Shown: in pieces, positions 19,608 to 27,735 of the stretch
Layout of the letters: each line of letters begins with the position of its first letter
Position numbering within the stretch: position 1 is the stretch's first letter
NCBI GenBank assembly: GCA_029974275.1
Contig: JARKSN010000015.1
Coordinates: forward strand, 1-33,324
Direction of reading: 5' to 3'
Origin: Candidatus Hydrogenedentota bacterium
GTDB lineage: Bacteria > Hydrogenedentota > Hydrogenedentia > Hydrogenedentales > SLHB01
DNA length: 33,324 nucleotides
Made by a program: the position numbers and the translations under genes
The notes under the pieces: generated by a model
What the model was told of the DNA's origin: nothing
Database searches by the model: none
The model's input: only the letters and a program-made list of their open reading frames with translations

Positions 19608-20539
19608 ATGCAGCCGATGCCCCAACACGAAATCCATCGCCGTTTTTTTATGATGTGCTTTTTGGCGGCATTTTTCCTGACCTTTGGGGCTCCGTCGGGC
19701 GCTGAAGCAGGCGTTCCGCGCATTCTGGTGGTGGGCGATAGCTGGGCCCAAGGCATCTTCGAGTTTGGCGCTTTCGACAAGGTGTTCGCCGCCCATGAAA
19801 TGGCGGGCGTCGAGGTGCGTGGGGCCACCACCGCGATTGGCGGATCGCGCGCCGACCAATGGGCGCGGAACCATAACCGCAAGACAGACAGCATCGGCAA
19901 GCTGGATTCCCTCAAACAGGCCCTCGAACAGGAGCCGACCCTTGACATCGTCCATCTCAGCATCGGCGGCAACGATTTTCTTCGCGCAACCATGGAGGAA
20001 GGCATCATCGAGATGACGCCAGCGCAGCGGGAGAAAGTATGGGAGCGCATCTGCAAGGACATTCGCGCCTTGGTGGATTTTATCCTGGCCCAACGTCCCG
20101 GCATCAAGGTGCTGGTGAACGATTACGACTACCTCGACCCTAACGTCATGCGGACCAAGCTCCGCATGCATATTCCCGAGAACATCACCCGTCGGAGTTG
20201 AACAAAGCCTTGTTGGAATTCGCCCGGTACAAGCAGAAGGCGCTGAGCGGCCTTGATCGCTGTGCATACATTCAGCATTTTGGCCTGCTGCAGTACTATT
20301 ATGGCAATCCACCCCGCGTTTCCCGCGGCCAAGGGCCGCTTCCGGGATTGCCTCCGCGCTACGAGCCTTTTGCTGGCGGAAATCCCGACTGCGCCAACTC
20401 GGAAGAGGCCATGCCGGACGGGGTTCACCCTATGCCGCAGGGGTATCAGCACATTATCGAACGGTGCTACCAGGCGGTCTACAAGGATTGGCTGGCGGCG
20501 GGAAAAACCGTTCAAGAGGCTGCAGCAGCGGCAAAATAA
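19608..20539 (+). pseudogene. Secreted SGNH/GDSL hydrolase split by a 1-nt frameshift (pseudogene or sequencing error)
   Basis: ORF1 has signal peptide, VGDSW and GGND blocks; ORF2 has the DGVHP block; adding one C at 20188-20190 gives ...ENITPSELNKALLEF... Confidence 0.8.
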
Positions 20540-20555
20540 CGGGGCGTGAAAGCGG

Positions 20556-21287
20556 TCAGTTCCCTTCCCGGGTCTTTTGACGGACGTGCCTGTTGATAGC
20601 GTCGAGTTCGGGATGCGCTTTCAAGAAATCCCAGACCTGCCTCCAGGATACGTAATCGTCGCCATCGAAGTGTGCATACACGGCTCGCACGAAAGCCAAA
20701 TCCTCTGCCGTATCGACGGTCCAACGGCCCTTGCTGCAATCGGCGTCATGCCGCACGCTCACATGCCGGAACCGGTTCGGGCGTTCCATGATATAGTCGG
20801 TGACGTGCTCGCGATCGAACGCATCCGAAGCTTCGGCATGCGCACACGCCAGTGCGTCGAAGGTGAACACTTCCGTATCAAGGCCGCGCGGATACGTGCG
20901 ATCAAGGATGTTCGCGGCGTAATCAGGGTGTTCGTTCAAGAAGGCTTCGACCGTTTTTCCGGTCACTTCCGGATCGATAAGGGGGCAATCGGAGGTGATG
21001 CGGACGATGGCTTCGGCGTTGTGCGCGACGGCGGCTCCGTAGTACCGGCCCAACACATCCATTTCGCTTCCGCGAAACACGCCTACGTCAAGCCGGGCGC
21101 ACTCCGCCACAAGGGGGTCGTCCAAAGCGGATGTTGTCGTCGCCACGACGATTTCGTCGATGAACGGAGCCTTTTGGGTCCTCCGGACCACGCGTTCGAG
21201 CATTGTCTGGCCGCTGACGTACATCAGGACTTTGTGAGGCAGCCGGGTGCTTCCCATCCGCGCCTGAATAATCGCCACTGTCCGCAT
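20556..21287 (-). CDS. SpsF-like cytidylyltransferase family protein
   Basis: IIQARMGSTRLP.KV, RGSE.DVLGRY, RITSDCPLIDP, REHVT, RWTVDT.ED; GAAGGAG RBS. Confidence 0.88.
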   Translation of the reverse strand: MRTVAIIQARMGSTRLPHKVLMYVSGQTMLERVVRRTQKAPFIDEIVVATTTSALDDPLVAECARLDVGVFRGSEMDVLGRYYGAAVAHNAEAIVRITSDCPLIDPEVTGKTVEAFLNEHPDYAANILDRTYPRGLDTEVFTFDALACAHAEASDAFDREHVTDYIMERPNRFRHVSVRHDADCSKGRWTVDTAEDLAFVRAVYAHFDGDDYVSWRQVWDFLKAHPELDAINRHVRQKTREGN

Positions 21288-21389
21288 GTGACTCCTTCAC
21301 GCGATGCGGTTTCCCTGGTTGCCGGATCGCCGAGGCGCCCATCATAATGCATCGTTGGGCGCAATGAAACCCTGGGGATTTCGCCTGCA

Positions 21390-22091
21390 TCAAGGAGCCA
21401 AACGTTGCGGCATGTGGAAATACGCAGGCGCTTCGCTCTCGAAGGCGACAGGTTCTCCGGTGGAAGGGTGGATGAAGGCGATGGACGTCGCATGGAGCGC
21501 GATCCGCTTATGCGCGGGGTTTTTCCGTCCGTACTTGTCGTCCCCGACAATGGGATGGCCGATCTCCGCGAGGTGGACCCGGATTTGATGTTTTCTGCCG
21601 GTCAACAGGGTGATCTCCAGCAGGCTGAAGCGCGGCGTCTCCTTGATGACTTGGTATGCAGTACGGGACAGTTTTCCTCTCGTGGCATCGTCCGTGGAGT
21701 GGACGGCGAGGGTTCTGCTTTCGGCCAAATAGGAGGAGATGACGCCGGCTTTGTCGGGCAAACAGCCATGAACGACGGCGAGATACTTTTTTTCGACCTC
21801 TTCCCACTGGGACTGGAGCGACTCCTTTGCCTCGAGGGTCTTCGCAAAGACAAGAACCCCTGAAACTTCCCGATCGAGTCGGTGAACGATGAATATGCGG
21901 TTCCGCGAACGCGCGCACCCTTTGCGCACGTAATCCGTCAGCCGATAGTAGGCGGTTCGTGTCTTTTCGGAATCCGTGCCCATGGTCAGAAGGCCCGGGG
22001 CCTTATCCACGACCAAGATATCCCGGTCTTCATAGAGTATCTCGAGGCCCTGGGGGTTATGTCTGCCGGAAGGCTTTGCGACCTTGGGCAC
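21390..22091 (-). CDS. RluA-family RNA pseudouridine synthase
   Basis: LYED..ILVVDK.PGL, IVHRLD (catalytic Asp), TGRKHQIRVH, GHPIVGDDKYG, LHA; GTG 22091 has GGAG 7 nt upstream (ORF extends to TTG 22121). Confidence 0.92.
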   Translation of the reverse strand: MPKVAKPSGRHNPQGLEILYEDRDILVVDKAPGLLTMGTDSEKTRTAYYRLTDYVRKGCARSRNRIFIVHRLDREVSGVLVFAKTLEAKESLQSQWEEVEKKYLAVVHGCLPDKAGVISSYLAESRTLAVHSTDDATRGKLSRTAYQVIKETPRFSLLEITLLTGRKHQIRVHLAEIGHPIVGDDKYGRKNPAHKRIALHATSIAFIHPSTGEPVAFESEAPAYFHMPQRLAP

Positions 22092-22124
22092 AAGGGTTCT
22101 CCCATGATTGGTTTTGCACAAGCG

Positions 22125-24800
22125 TTACGGATCGAAACGCACTTCATCGATGGCTACGTCGATGCCCGCTGTTTCACACGGATCGAGTCGCAATGCGGTG
22201 ACGGTTCCGCGCCAGAGCGTCTTTTTCGACAAGTCTATGGTATAGCTGTGCGATTGACCGTCGTGTTCGAGAAAAAAACGGGCGCTGGTCGTTTCGGAAG
22301 GCGCCGCGCCATCTGTGCCCCAATACAACTGTCCCGAGGCGTGCGGGGGCAGCGTGCCGGTGAAACGCATCGTGATGGTGCATTGCGTCGCCTCGTTTGC
22401 CGGAAACGACACCGACGAAATCGTGAGGGCCGGGTCGGAAGAGATCGTGCGGAAGCGGAGAGCGCCATTCTCGTTGCGCATGTCCACGACGTTCATATGA
22501 GCGCTCCAACCCTCAAGGCCGCTGTCGAAAGTCCACCTTGGCGGTCCGGTCTGCGTGGGGAAATCGTAGGGCCCAAGACCCACGTCCGCCGGCGCAATGT
22601 TTGCCGGCCACAATGCCGGATCGCCCGTGCCGAAGACTTCGCGAATGCGATCGTACATCGCGAATCCGAATTCGGTGCATGGTTCGATGTAGCTGCCTTC
22701 GCCCCATTCGTTCAATGGACCGATCACGACCATTGGCGCATGCTCGGCGGCGCAAAACTCCTTTGCCTGTTGCAGCAATTGTTTGAACAATGCCGGGGTG
22801 CGCCCGGTGATGCGATACGCACGGCTGCCTTCCCACGGACGATTGTCCCAGCCGGTGTCGACGGTCGGGTAATACGTCAATCCACCGCGCGCCGCATTCT
22901 GTCTGGCCCATGCCGCCGTCGCCGATTGCACGACGGTGTCGTAGGAGAGCGGACTCAGGCTTCGGGCTTCCGCTTCGTCTCGGACGCTGCCCCACTCGTG
23001 GTAACGCGTGTAAGCGGAATAGCCTTCCCTGGCAAGGGTCGCGGCGATATCCGTCGATATTTCGTTCCCGATCGCGACATAGAGGATGCCCGGAAATCCT
23101 TTTGCCTGCGCGGCCTTTTGCGATTCCTCGAACACGGCGCGCACGGCGTTCGAACCGCCCAGATCGGAACGCACGTGCGCTGTGTCCCAGATAAACACGG
23201 CAGGTTTGCCGTCAATGCGGTAATATCCCGGCAGGGTGAAATAGTGTTCGAGCCAATGCTGTGTGACCTTGCGCCAATCCTCGGGCGAATGCTGCCCTGC
23301 GGGCCAGTGATTGGCCCACATGATCGCCACCTTGAGTTGGTCGCGATAGCGTGCGTTGCGGTAGGCGCCAAACCAATGCTCAAGCATTCGGTCGCCCTTG
23401 TTCCAGTACCAATCCACCAGAAAACCCGTGATGCCGTGCTCGACAGCCCACTTGATCTGCCAATCCACGACTTCCGCCTTGCCTTCGTCGTAATAGCCCA
23501 ACAAAGGACGCCGGATCGGCGCGACGTGGCGGATGGGGTCCCACTTCTCCGGCGTGTCCCAGCCGGGGAAGTAATACGCCATTACATCGAGAATTGGTCT
23601 GACCGGTTGCGGCGCCGGCACGTAGTCGGCTTTCGGAAGACCCAGTGCGGGCGTGATGGAGATCGTGGCCGTTTGCGCGGGCGGCGCATGGTGGCCGGCG
23701 ATTGCGGCCGTGATCGGGTGATCGCCCGGCGATGACGGAAACACTGTCCACGCGAGTGTTGTGCGTTCGCCGCCGGCCAGCGCCGACAGCGTTTGCACGG
23801 CGCCGGAACCCTCTGCGTATTTCCAGCCTTCCGGCAGTTGCAGCGCTGCAGAAAGCGCGTCCACGGTCGAGCCGCCGCGGTTCATCAACTGCAGCAGCAC
23901 GCGGCACATCGCGCCCGCACGGTTTAGGCCGCTTTCCGCGCCGAAGTATTCGACCGCGCATTCAGCGGGACCGCCGGGAACGTTGGCCAACGCGAGAGAC
24001 TCGATTGTGGCGCCCTCGGGCAGGCGAACGCCAACGACAGCCAACGTTCCTTTCCATTCGGGATGGGCGCCCGTCTCGATATTGTAGTAATGAGAGAGGC
24101 CGTCGCCGCGCAGCGAAAAATCCTCGTGCACCGTCCCGCGTGACTCATGCATGCCCCAGAAAATGCTCGCCGCGCCCTCGCGATCCGACTTGATGCGCGC
24201 GACGACCCAGCTTTTTCCCGCCGCGGGCAGTGATATGGGAATCGCTCGCGTTGTTGATTCCGGCACGATGCGCCACGCGGCGTCGCTGTCGAAGGTCCAC
24301 TCCGACGCCGCGCCATTGATCTTGCCGACATCGCCCCACGGCACGACGCGCAGCGAGTCGATGGCGAAATGCGCGTTGCCGTAGAGGTCCAACCGCAGCT
24401 TGCGGACAACGCCCTCCTGCTGCCAGAACGGAAAGATGACAATGTTCTCCCATTGTCCTGCGCCCTGGACCGAAAACCGCGTCGCTTTTCTCCAATCGAA
24501 ACCGCCGGACGGCCCGCTGTCGAGATCCGTCCAAAAGAGTTCGCCCACCCCCGGCTTGTCCGCGCGCAACCGCACGACGACGCATTGCCGCGCCGTCGCG
24601 TCAATCGATAGCCCCGCACATGTGAAGAACGGATCGCTCGCTATCGTATCGCATGCCAATGCCCCATGCTCCACCCGCACATTCACGATCTGCGCGTTCG
24701 GCGTCCAGGCATGCCGCGCCTCGTCCGATGCAAACGACCACGACGGCAATTCGGCATTGGCTTGCGCCAAGATCATGGCGATACACCCGAATAGATTCAT
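22125..24800 (-). CDS. Multidomain GH99-like/WbsX-family glycoside hydrolase with CBM-like modules
   Basis: AYYFPGW, PLLGYYDE, WQIKWAVEHGI.GF..DWYW, YYRIDGKP, GWDNRPW, NEWGEGSYIEP; repeated beta-sandwich modules on both sides. Confidence 0.8.
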   Translation of the reverse strand: MNLFGCIAMILAQANAELPSWSFASDEARHAWTPNAQIVNVRVEHGALACDTIASDPFFTCAGLSIDATARQCVVVRLRADKPGVGELFWTDLDSGPSGGFDWRKATRFSVQGAGQWENIVIFPFWQQEGVVRKLRLDLYGNAHFAIDSLRVVPWGDVGKINGAASEWTFDSDAAWRIVPESTTRAIPISLPAAGKSWVVARIKSDREGAASIFWGMHESRGTVHEDFSLRGDGLSHYYNIETGAHPEWKGTLAVVGVRLPEGATIESLALANVPGGPAECAVEYFGAESGLNRAGAMCRVLLQLMNRGGSTVDALSAALQLPEGWKYAEGSGAVQTLSALAGGERTTLAWTVFPSSPGDHPITAAIAGHHAPPAQTATISITPALGLPKADYVPAPQPVRPILDVMAYYFPGWDTPEKWDPIRHVAPIRRPLLGYYDEGKAEVVDWQIKWAVEHGITGFLVDWYWNKGDRMLEHWFGAYRNARYRDQLKVAIMWANHWPAGQHSPEDWRKVTQHWLEHYFTLPGYYRIDGKPAVFIWDTAHVRSDLGGSNAVRAVFEESQKAAQAKGFPGILYVAIGNEISTDIAATLAREGYSAYTRYHEWGSVRDEAEARSLSPLSYDTVVQSATAAWARQNAARGGLTYYPTVDTGWDNRPWEGSRAYRITGRTPALFKQLLQQAKEFCAAEHAPMVVIGPLNEWGEGSYIEPCTEFGFAMYDRIREVFGTGDPALWPANIAPADVGLGPYDFPTQTGPPRWTFDSGLEGWSAHMNVVDMRNENGALRFRTISSDPALTISSVSFPANEATQCTITMRFTGTLPPHASGQLYWGTDGAAPSETTSARFFLEHDGQSHSYTIDLSKKTLWRGTVTALRLDPCETAGIDVAIDEVRFDP

Positions 24801-24816
24801 CGCGCCGGTATCCTTC

Positions 24817-27417
24817 TCAGCGGCCTAACTTGAAACCCGCCAGTTTTAGCCCTTCAAACCATAGGATGCTGGCAACGCCCGCGCCCAATGCAATGGCCAG
24901 GTCGAGTGGATGCACCGTCCCGAACCGGAACAGATCGCGCAAGAACGGCAAGTACAGCGCCAGCCCGAGGAATATCGACGCCCCCCCAAGGACCCACCAG
25001 AGCGCCGCGTTGTGTTTTCGCATCGTCTTCAGAATCGTGTCCGACCAGGATCGATTTGTCAGGATCAGGCACAGGTTGGCGATGATGAGCGTTGCATAGG
25101 TCACCGCGCGCGTGTCGCCTTCACTGAGTCCGCGTGCGCGCGCCGTCAGGACCAGCGCCACCATGATCGCCAGCACCATCATGCCTTGCGCCAGACTGAT
25201 GCCGATCATGCGCGCGTGAAACAAGGGTTCGCTGGCCTTGCGCGGCGGGCGATGCATGACGTTCGACTCCTCGCCCTCGGCTTCGAACACCACCGAACAC
25301 GCGGGGTCGATGATGAGTTCGAGGAACACGATGTGCAAGGGCAGCAGCATCAACGGCCACTCGAACAATACGGGCAACAGCGACATGCCCGCGATGGGCA
25401 CGTGGACGGCGAAAATATACGCCATCGCCTTGGTCAGGTTGTCGAAAATGCGGCGCCCCAGACGTATCGCGCTGACTATGGACAAGAAGTCGTCGTCCAG
25501 CAACACGAGGTCGGAGGATTCGCGGGCCACGTCCGTCCCGCGTCCGCCCATGGCGATGCCGATATGGGCGGACTTCAGCGCGGGCGCGTCGTTCACCCCA
25601 TCCCCGGTCATCGCGACGATCTCGCCGTTGGCCTTGAATGCGTCGACGAGGCGCAGCTTCTGCTCCGGCACGACGCGTGCAAAGATGTTGACGCTCTCGA
25701 TGCGCTCCTGGAGCGTCGCGTCGCTCATCGCGTCCAGTTCGGCCCCGGTGATGACCTCCTCCGCGTCCTTCAACCCGATTTGGCGCGCAATGTTACGAGC
25801 CGTTTCGGCGTAATCGCCCGTGATCATCGCCACGCGTATGCCCGCGGCGTAGCACTCCTGAATGGCCTGCGGCACGGCGGGCCGCACCGGATCGGCCAGC
25901 CCGATCAAGCCGAGGAACTCAAAGTCGAAATCATGCTGCCCCACCGGCATTGGCGTCACGTCCGATCCGGTCGCACCTCCGGCTGGAGCCGCGGAGTTCG
26001 TCAGGTTCGCTTTGGCCATGGCCAGCACGCGCAGGCCATCCTTGGCCATTTCGGCCACTTGGATTTCCATCTCTGCGATAGCGGAGGCATCCAAGTGGCA
26101 CAAATCGGCGACGGCCTCCGGCGCGCCTTTCGCGGCGATTACGTAATCCGTGCGTTCGGGCGTCGACCACACCAACGACATCGCCAGCAACTCCCGCGAC
26201 AAGGGATATTCGCGCACCAGCTTCCAGTTTGTATGGAGGTGTTCCGTGTTCGCCAGGAAGTGATCGCCCAAAGTCCGGAAGGCCTTTTCCATGGGGTCAA
26301 AAGGGTCCACCTGACTCGCCAGGATGCTAAACTCGAGAACCTCGTGATACGTCTCGGGGAAAGGTCTCTTCGCGTTGAGATCGACGATAAAGGTTTTCCC
26401 CTTGGCATGAATGCGCTCGACGCTCATGCGGTTCTGCGTGAGCGTTCCGGTCTTGTCGACGCACAGCAGCGTGGCCGAACCCAGTGTTTCGAGGGCCGGC
26501 ACGCGGCGCGTCAGCACCTGTTTCTGGGCGATGCGCCAGGCGCCAAGCGCCAAAAATACAGTCAACACAACGGGGAATTCTTCCGGCAAGATCGCCATCG
26601 CCATCGTGAGGCCGGCCAGCAGGCCGTTTTTCCAGGCATGCAACGTGCCGCCATGCGTGATGCCGTACGCCGCCACCACGACGACAAACAATCCGAGTCC
26701 CACCGTCGCCAATATGCGCACGAGGCGTCGTGTTTCCTTATGCAGGCGCGTTTCCTCTTGTTGCACCGTCTGCAGGGCCTTGCCGATTCGCCCCAGGGCC
26801 GTTTGCCCGCCAATGGAATGGACCCGTGCAATGCCTTTGCCCTGCACCACGAGCGTGCCCGAATACAGGGCGTCGGGGCCATCGGCGGCGGAGGGAAGTT
26901 GCGCGTCCGCATCGTCGTGCGGCAGTTTATGCACCGCGACGGACTCGCCCGTCAACAACGATTCATCAACGGACAAGTAGTTGCTCGACAGCAACACCGC
27001 ATCGGCAGGCACGCGGTCGCCTTCGGTGAGGATCAGCATGTCGCCGACGACCACTTCGCGTCCCGCGATGCGACGCTCGAGGCCATCGCGAATGACCAAC
27101 GCTCGCGGACTCGATAAATCGCGCAAGGCTTCGAGAGCGCGCTCGGTCTTGCGTTCCTGATAGAACGTGATGCCGATGATCACGAGCACGAAGCCGAGGA
27201 GCATGATGGCTTCCTGCGCGTCGCCCATCGAGAAATAGACCGCGCCGCACGCCACCAACAGCAAGAACATTGGCTCGCGCACGACCTCGATCGCAATCGC
27301 GAAGGCGCTGCGCGGTTTCGCCGACGCGAGTTCGTTGAACCCGTCGCGTTTCAGGCGCGCCTCAACCTCGATTTGCGACAAACCAGTCAGTTTGCCAACA
27401 TCGATTTCTGTTGCCAT
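24817..27417 (-). CDS. Cation-translocating P-type ATPase (type II-like), TM4 motif PEEFP
   Basis: TGES, DKTGT phosphorylation site, KGAPE, MITGD, GDGVNDAPAL; start ATG 27417 after GGAG. Confidence 0.93.
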   Translation of the reverse strand: MATEIDVGKLTGLSQIEVEARLKRDGFNELASAKPRSAFAIAIEVVREPMFLLLVACGAVYFSMGDAQEAIMLLGFVLVIIGITFYQERKTERALEALRDLSSPRALVIRDGLERRIAGREVVVGDMLILTEGDRVPADAVLLSSNYLSVDESLLTGESVAVHKLPHDDADAQLPSAADGPDALYSGTLVVQGKGIARVHSIGGQTALGRIGKALQTVQQEETRLHKETRRLVRILATVGLGLFVVVVAAYGITHGGTLHAWKNGLLAGLTMAMAILPEEFPVVLTVFLALGAWRIAQKQVLTRRVPALETLGSATLLCVDKTGTLTQNRMSVERIHAKGKTFIVDLNAKRPFPETYHEVLEFSILASQVDPFDPMEKAFRTLGDHFLANTEHLHTNWKLVREYPLSRELLAMSLVWSTPERTDYVIAAKGAPEAVADLCHLDASAIAEMEIQVAEMAKDGLRVLAMAKANLTNSAAPAGGATGSDVTPMPVGQHDFDFEFLGLIGLADPVRPAVPQAIQECYAAGIRVAMITGDYAETARNIARQIGLKDAEEVITGAELDAMSDATLQERIESVNIFARVVPEQKLRLVDAFKANGEIVAMTGDGVNDAPALKSAHIGIAMGGRGTDVARESSDLVLLDDDFLSIVSAIRLGRRIFDNLTKAMAYIFAVHVPIAGMSLLPVLFEWPLMLLPLHIVFLELIIDPACSVVFEAEGEESNVMHRPPRKASEPLFHARMIGISLAQGMMVLAIMVALVLTARARGLSEGDTRAVTYATLIIANLCLILTNRSWSDTILKTMRKHNAALWWVLGGASIFLGLALYLPFLRDLFRFGTVHPLDLAIALGAGVASILWFEGLKLAGFKLGR

Positions 27418-27494
27418 GTGCGTGCGTCTCCAAGTGCCGCAGTTTGCGCATGCGCTGCGACGCGGGACAGTCCCTGCCACTGGGAAAGCCCCTT

Positions 27495-27534
27495 AAATCA
27501 AAAGACCTGTGGGACGAGCAGTCCCACAGGTCTT
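27495..27534 (-). terminator. Riboswitch expression-platform terminator
   Basis: Perfect 14-bp stem AAGACCTGTGGGAC/GTCCCACAGGTCTT (27502-27515/27521-27534) with UUUUGAUUU tail on the minus strand; overlaps the aptamer 3' end. Confidence 0.85.
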
Positions 27535-27598
27535 CGAATCCTGCTGGTTGATGGTAGCAACCCCGGCTGCGCCACCCGTAGGGGCCGCCTGTTCCAGC
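27517..27598 (-). ncRNA. NiCo (czcD) transition-metal riboswitch aptamer
   Basis: Minus strand GCUGGAACAGGC-[P2 with cUACGg loop]-GCCGGG-[P3 GGUUG/CAACC]-AGCAGG-[P4]-CCUGUGGGAC follows the NiCo pattern (GAGCAGGC..GCCGGG..CAACAG..CUGUGGGAC); lies upstream of a cation transporter. Confidence 0.8.
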
Positions 27599-27601
27599 GA
27601 C

Positions 27602-27630
27602 ACTCTACCTTGCCATTGCTTGGCTGTCAA
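27602..27630 (-). promoter_or_regulatory. Sigma70 promoter driving the riboswitch-ATPase transcript
   Basis: TTGACA (27630-27625), 17-nt spacer, TAGAGT (27607-27602), directly before the aptamer. Confidence 0.8.
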
Positions 27631-27682
27631 GGGATCCGTGCCGTGTTTTTCCTGGCGCCATCGAGCGGCGCCCACCCCCCCC

Positions 27683-27714
27683 AAAAAAAGCCGCCCATAG
27701 GAATATGGGCGGCT
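27683..27714 (-). terminator. Intrinsic terminator of giant protein B
   Basis: AGCCGCCCATA/TATGGGCGGCT 11-bp stem with U-run on the minus strand. Confidence 0.85.
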
Positions 27715-27735
27715 GGGGGGATCCGCGATATGGCG

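Noticed and set aside
21882..23735. 617-aa plus-strand ORF
   Set aside because: Antisense to the GH99-like and rluA genes; Arg-rich shadow composition
24910..27117. 735-aa plus-strand ORF
   Set aside because: Antisense shadow of the P-type ATPase, typical of GC-rich codon bias; no motifs
27475..27487. GCCACTGGGAAA resembling a cobalamin riboswitch B12-box
   Set aside because: On the strand opposite to the downstream gene and lacking the other cobalamin elements; the NiCo model explains the leader
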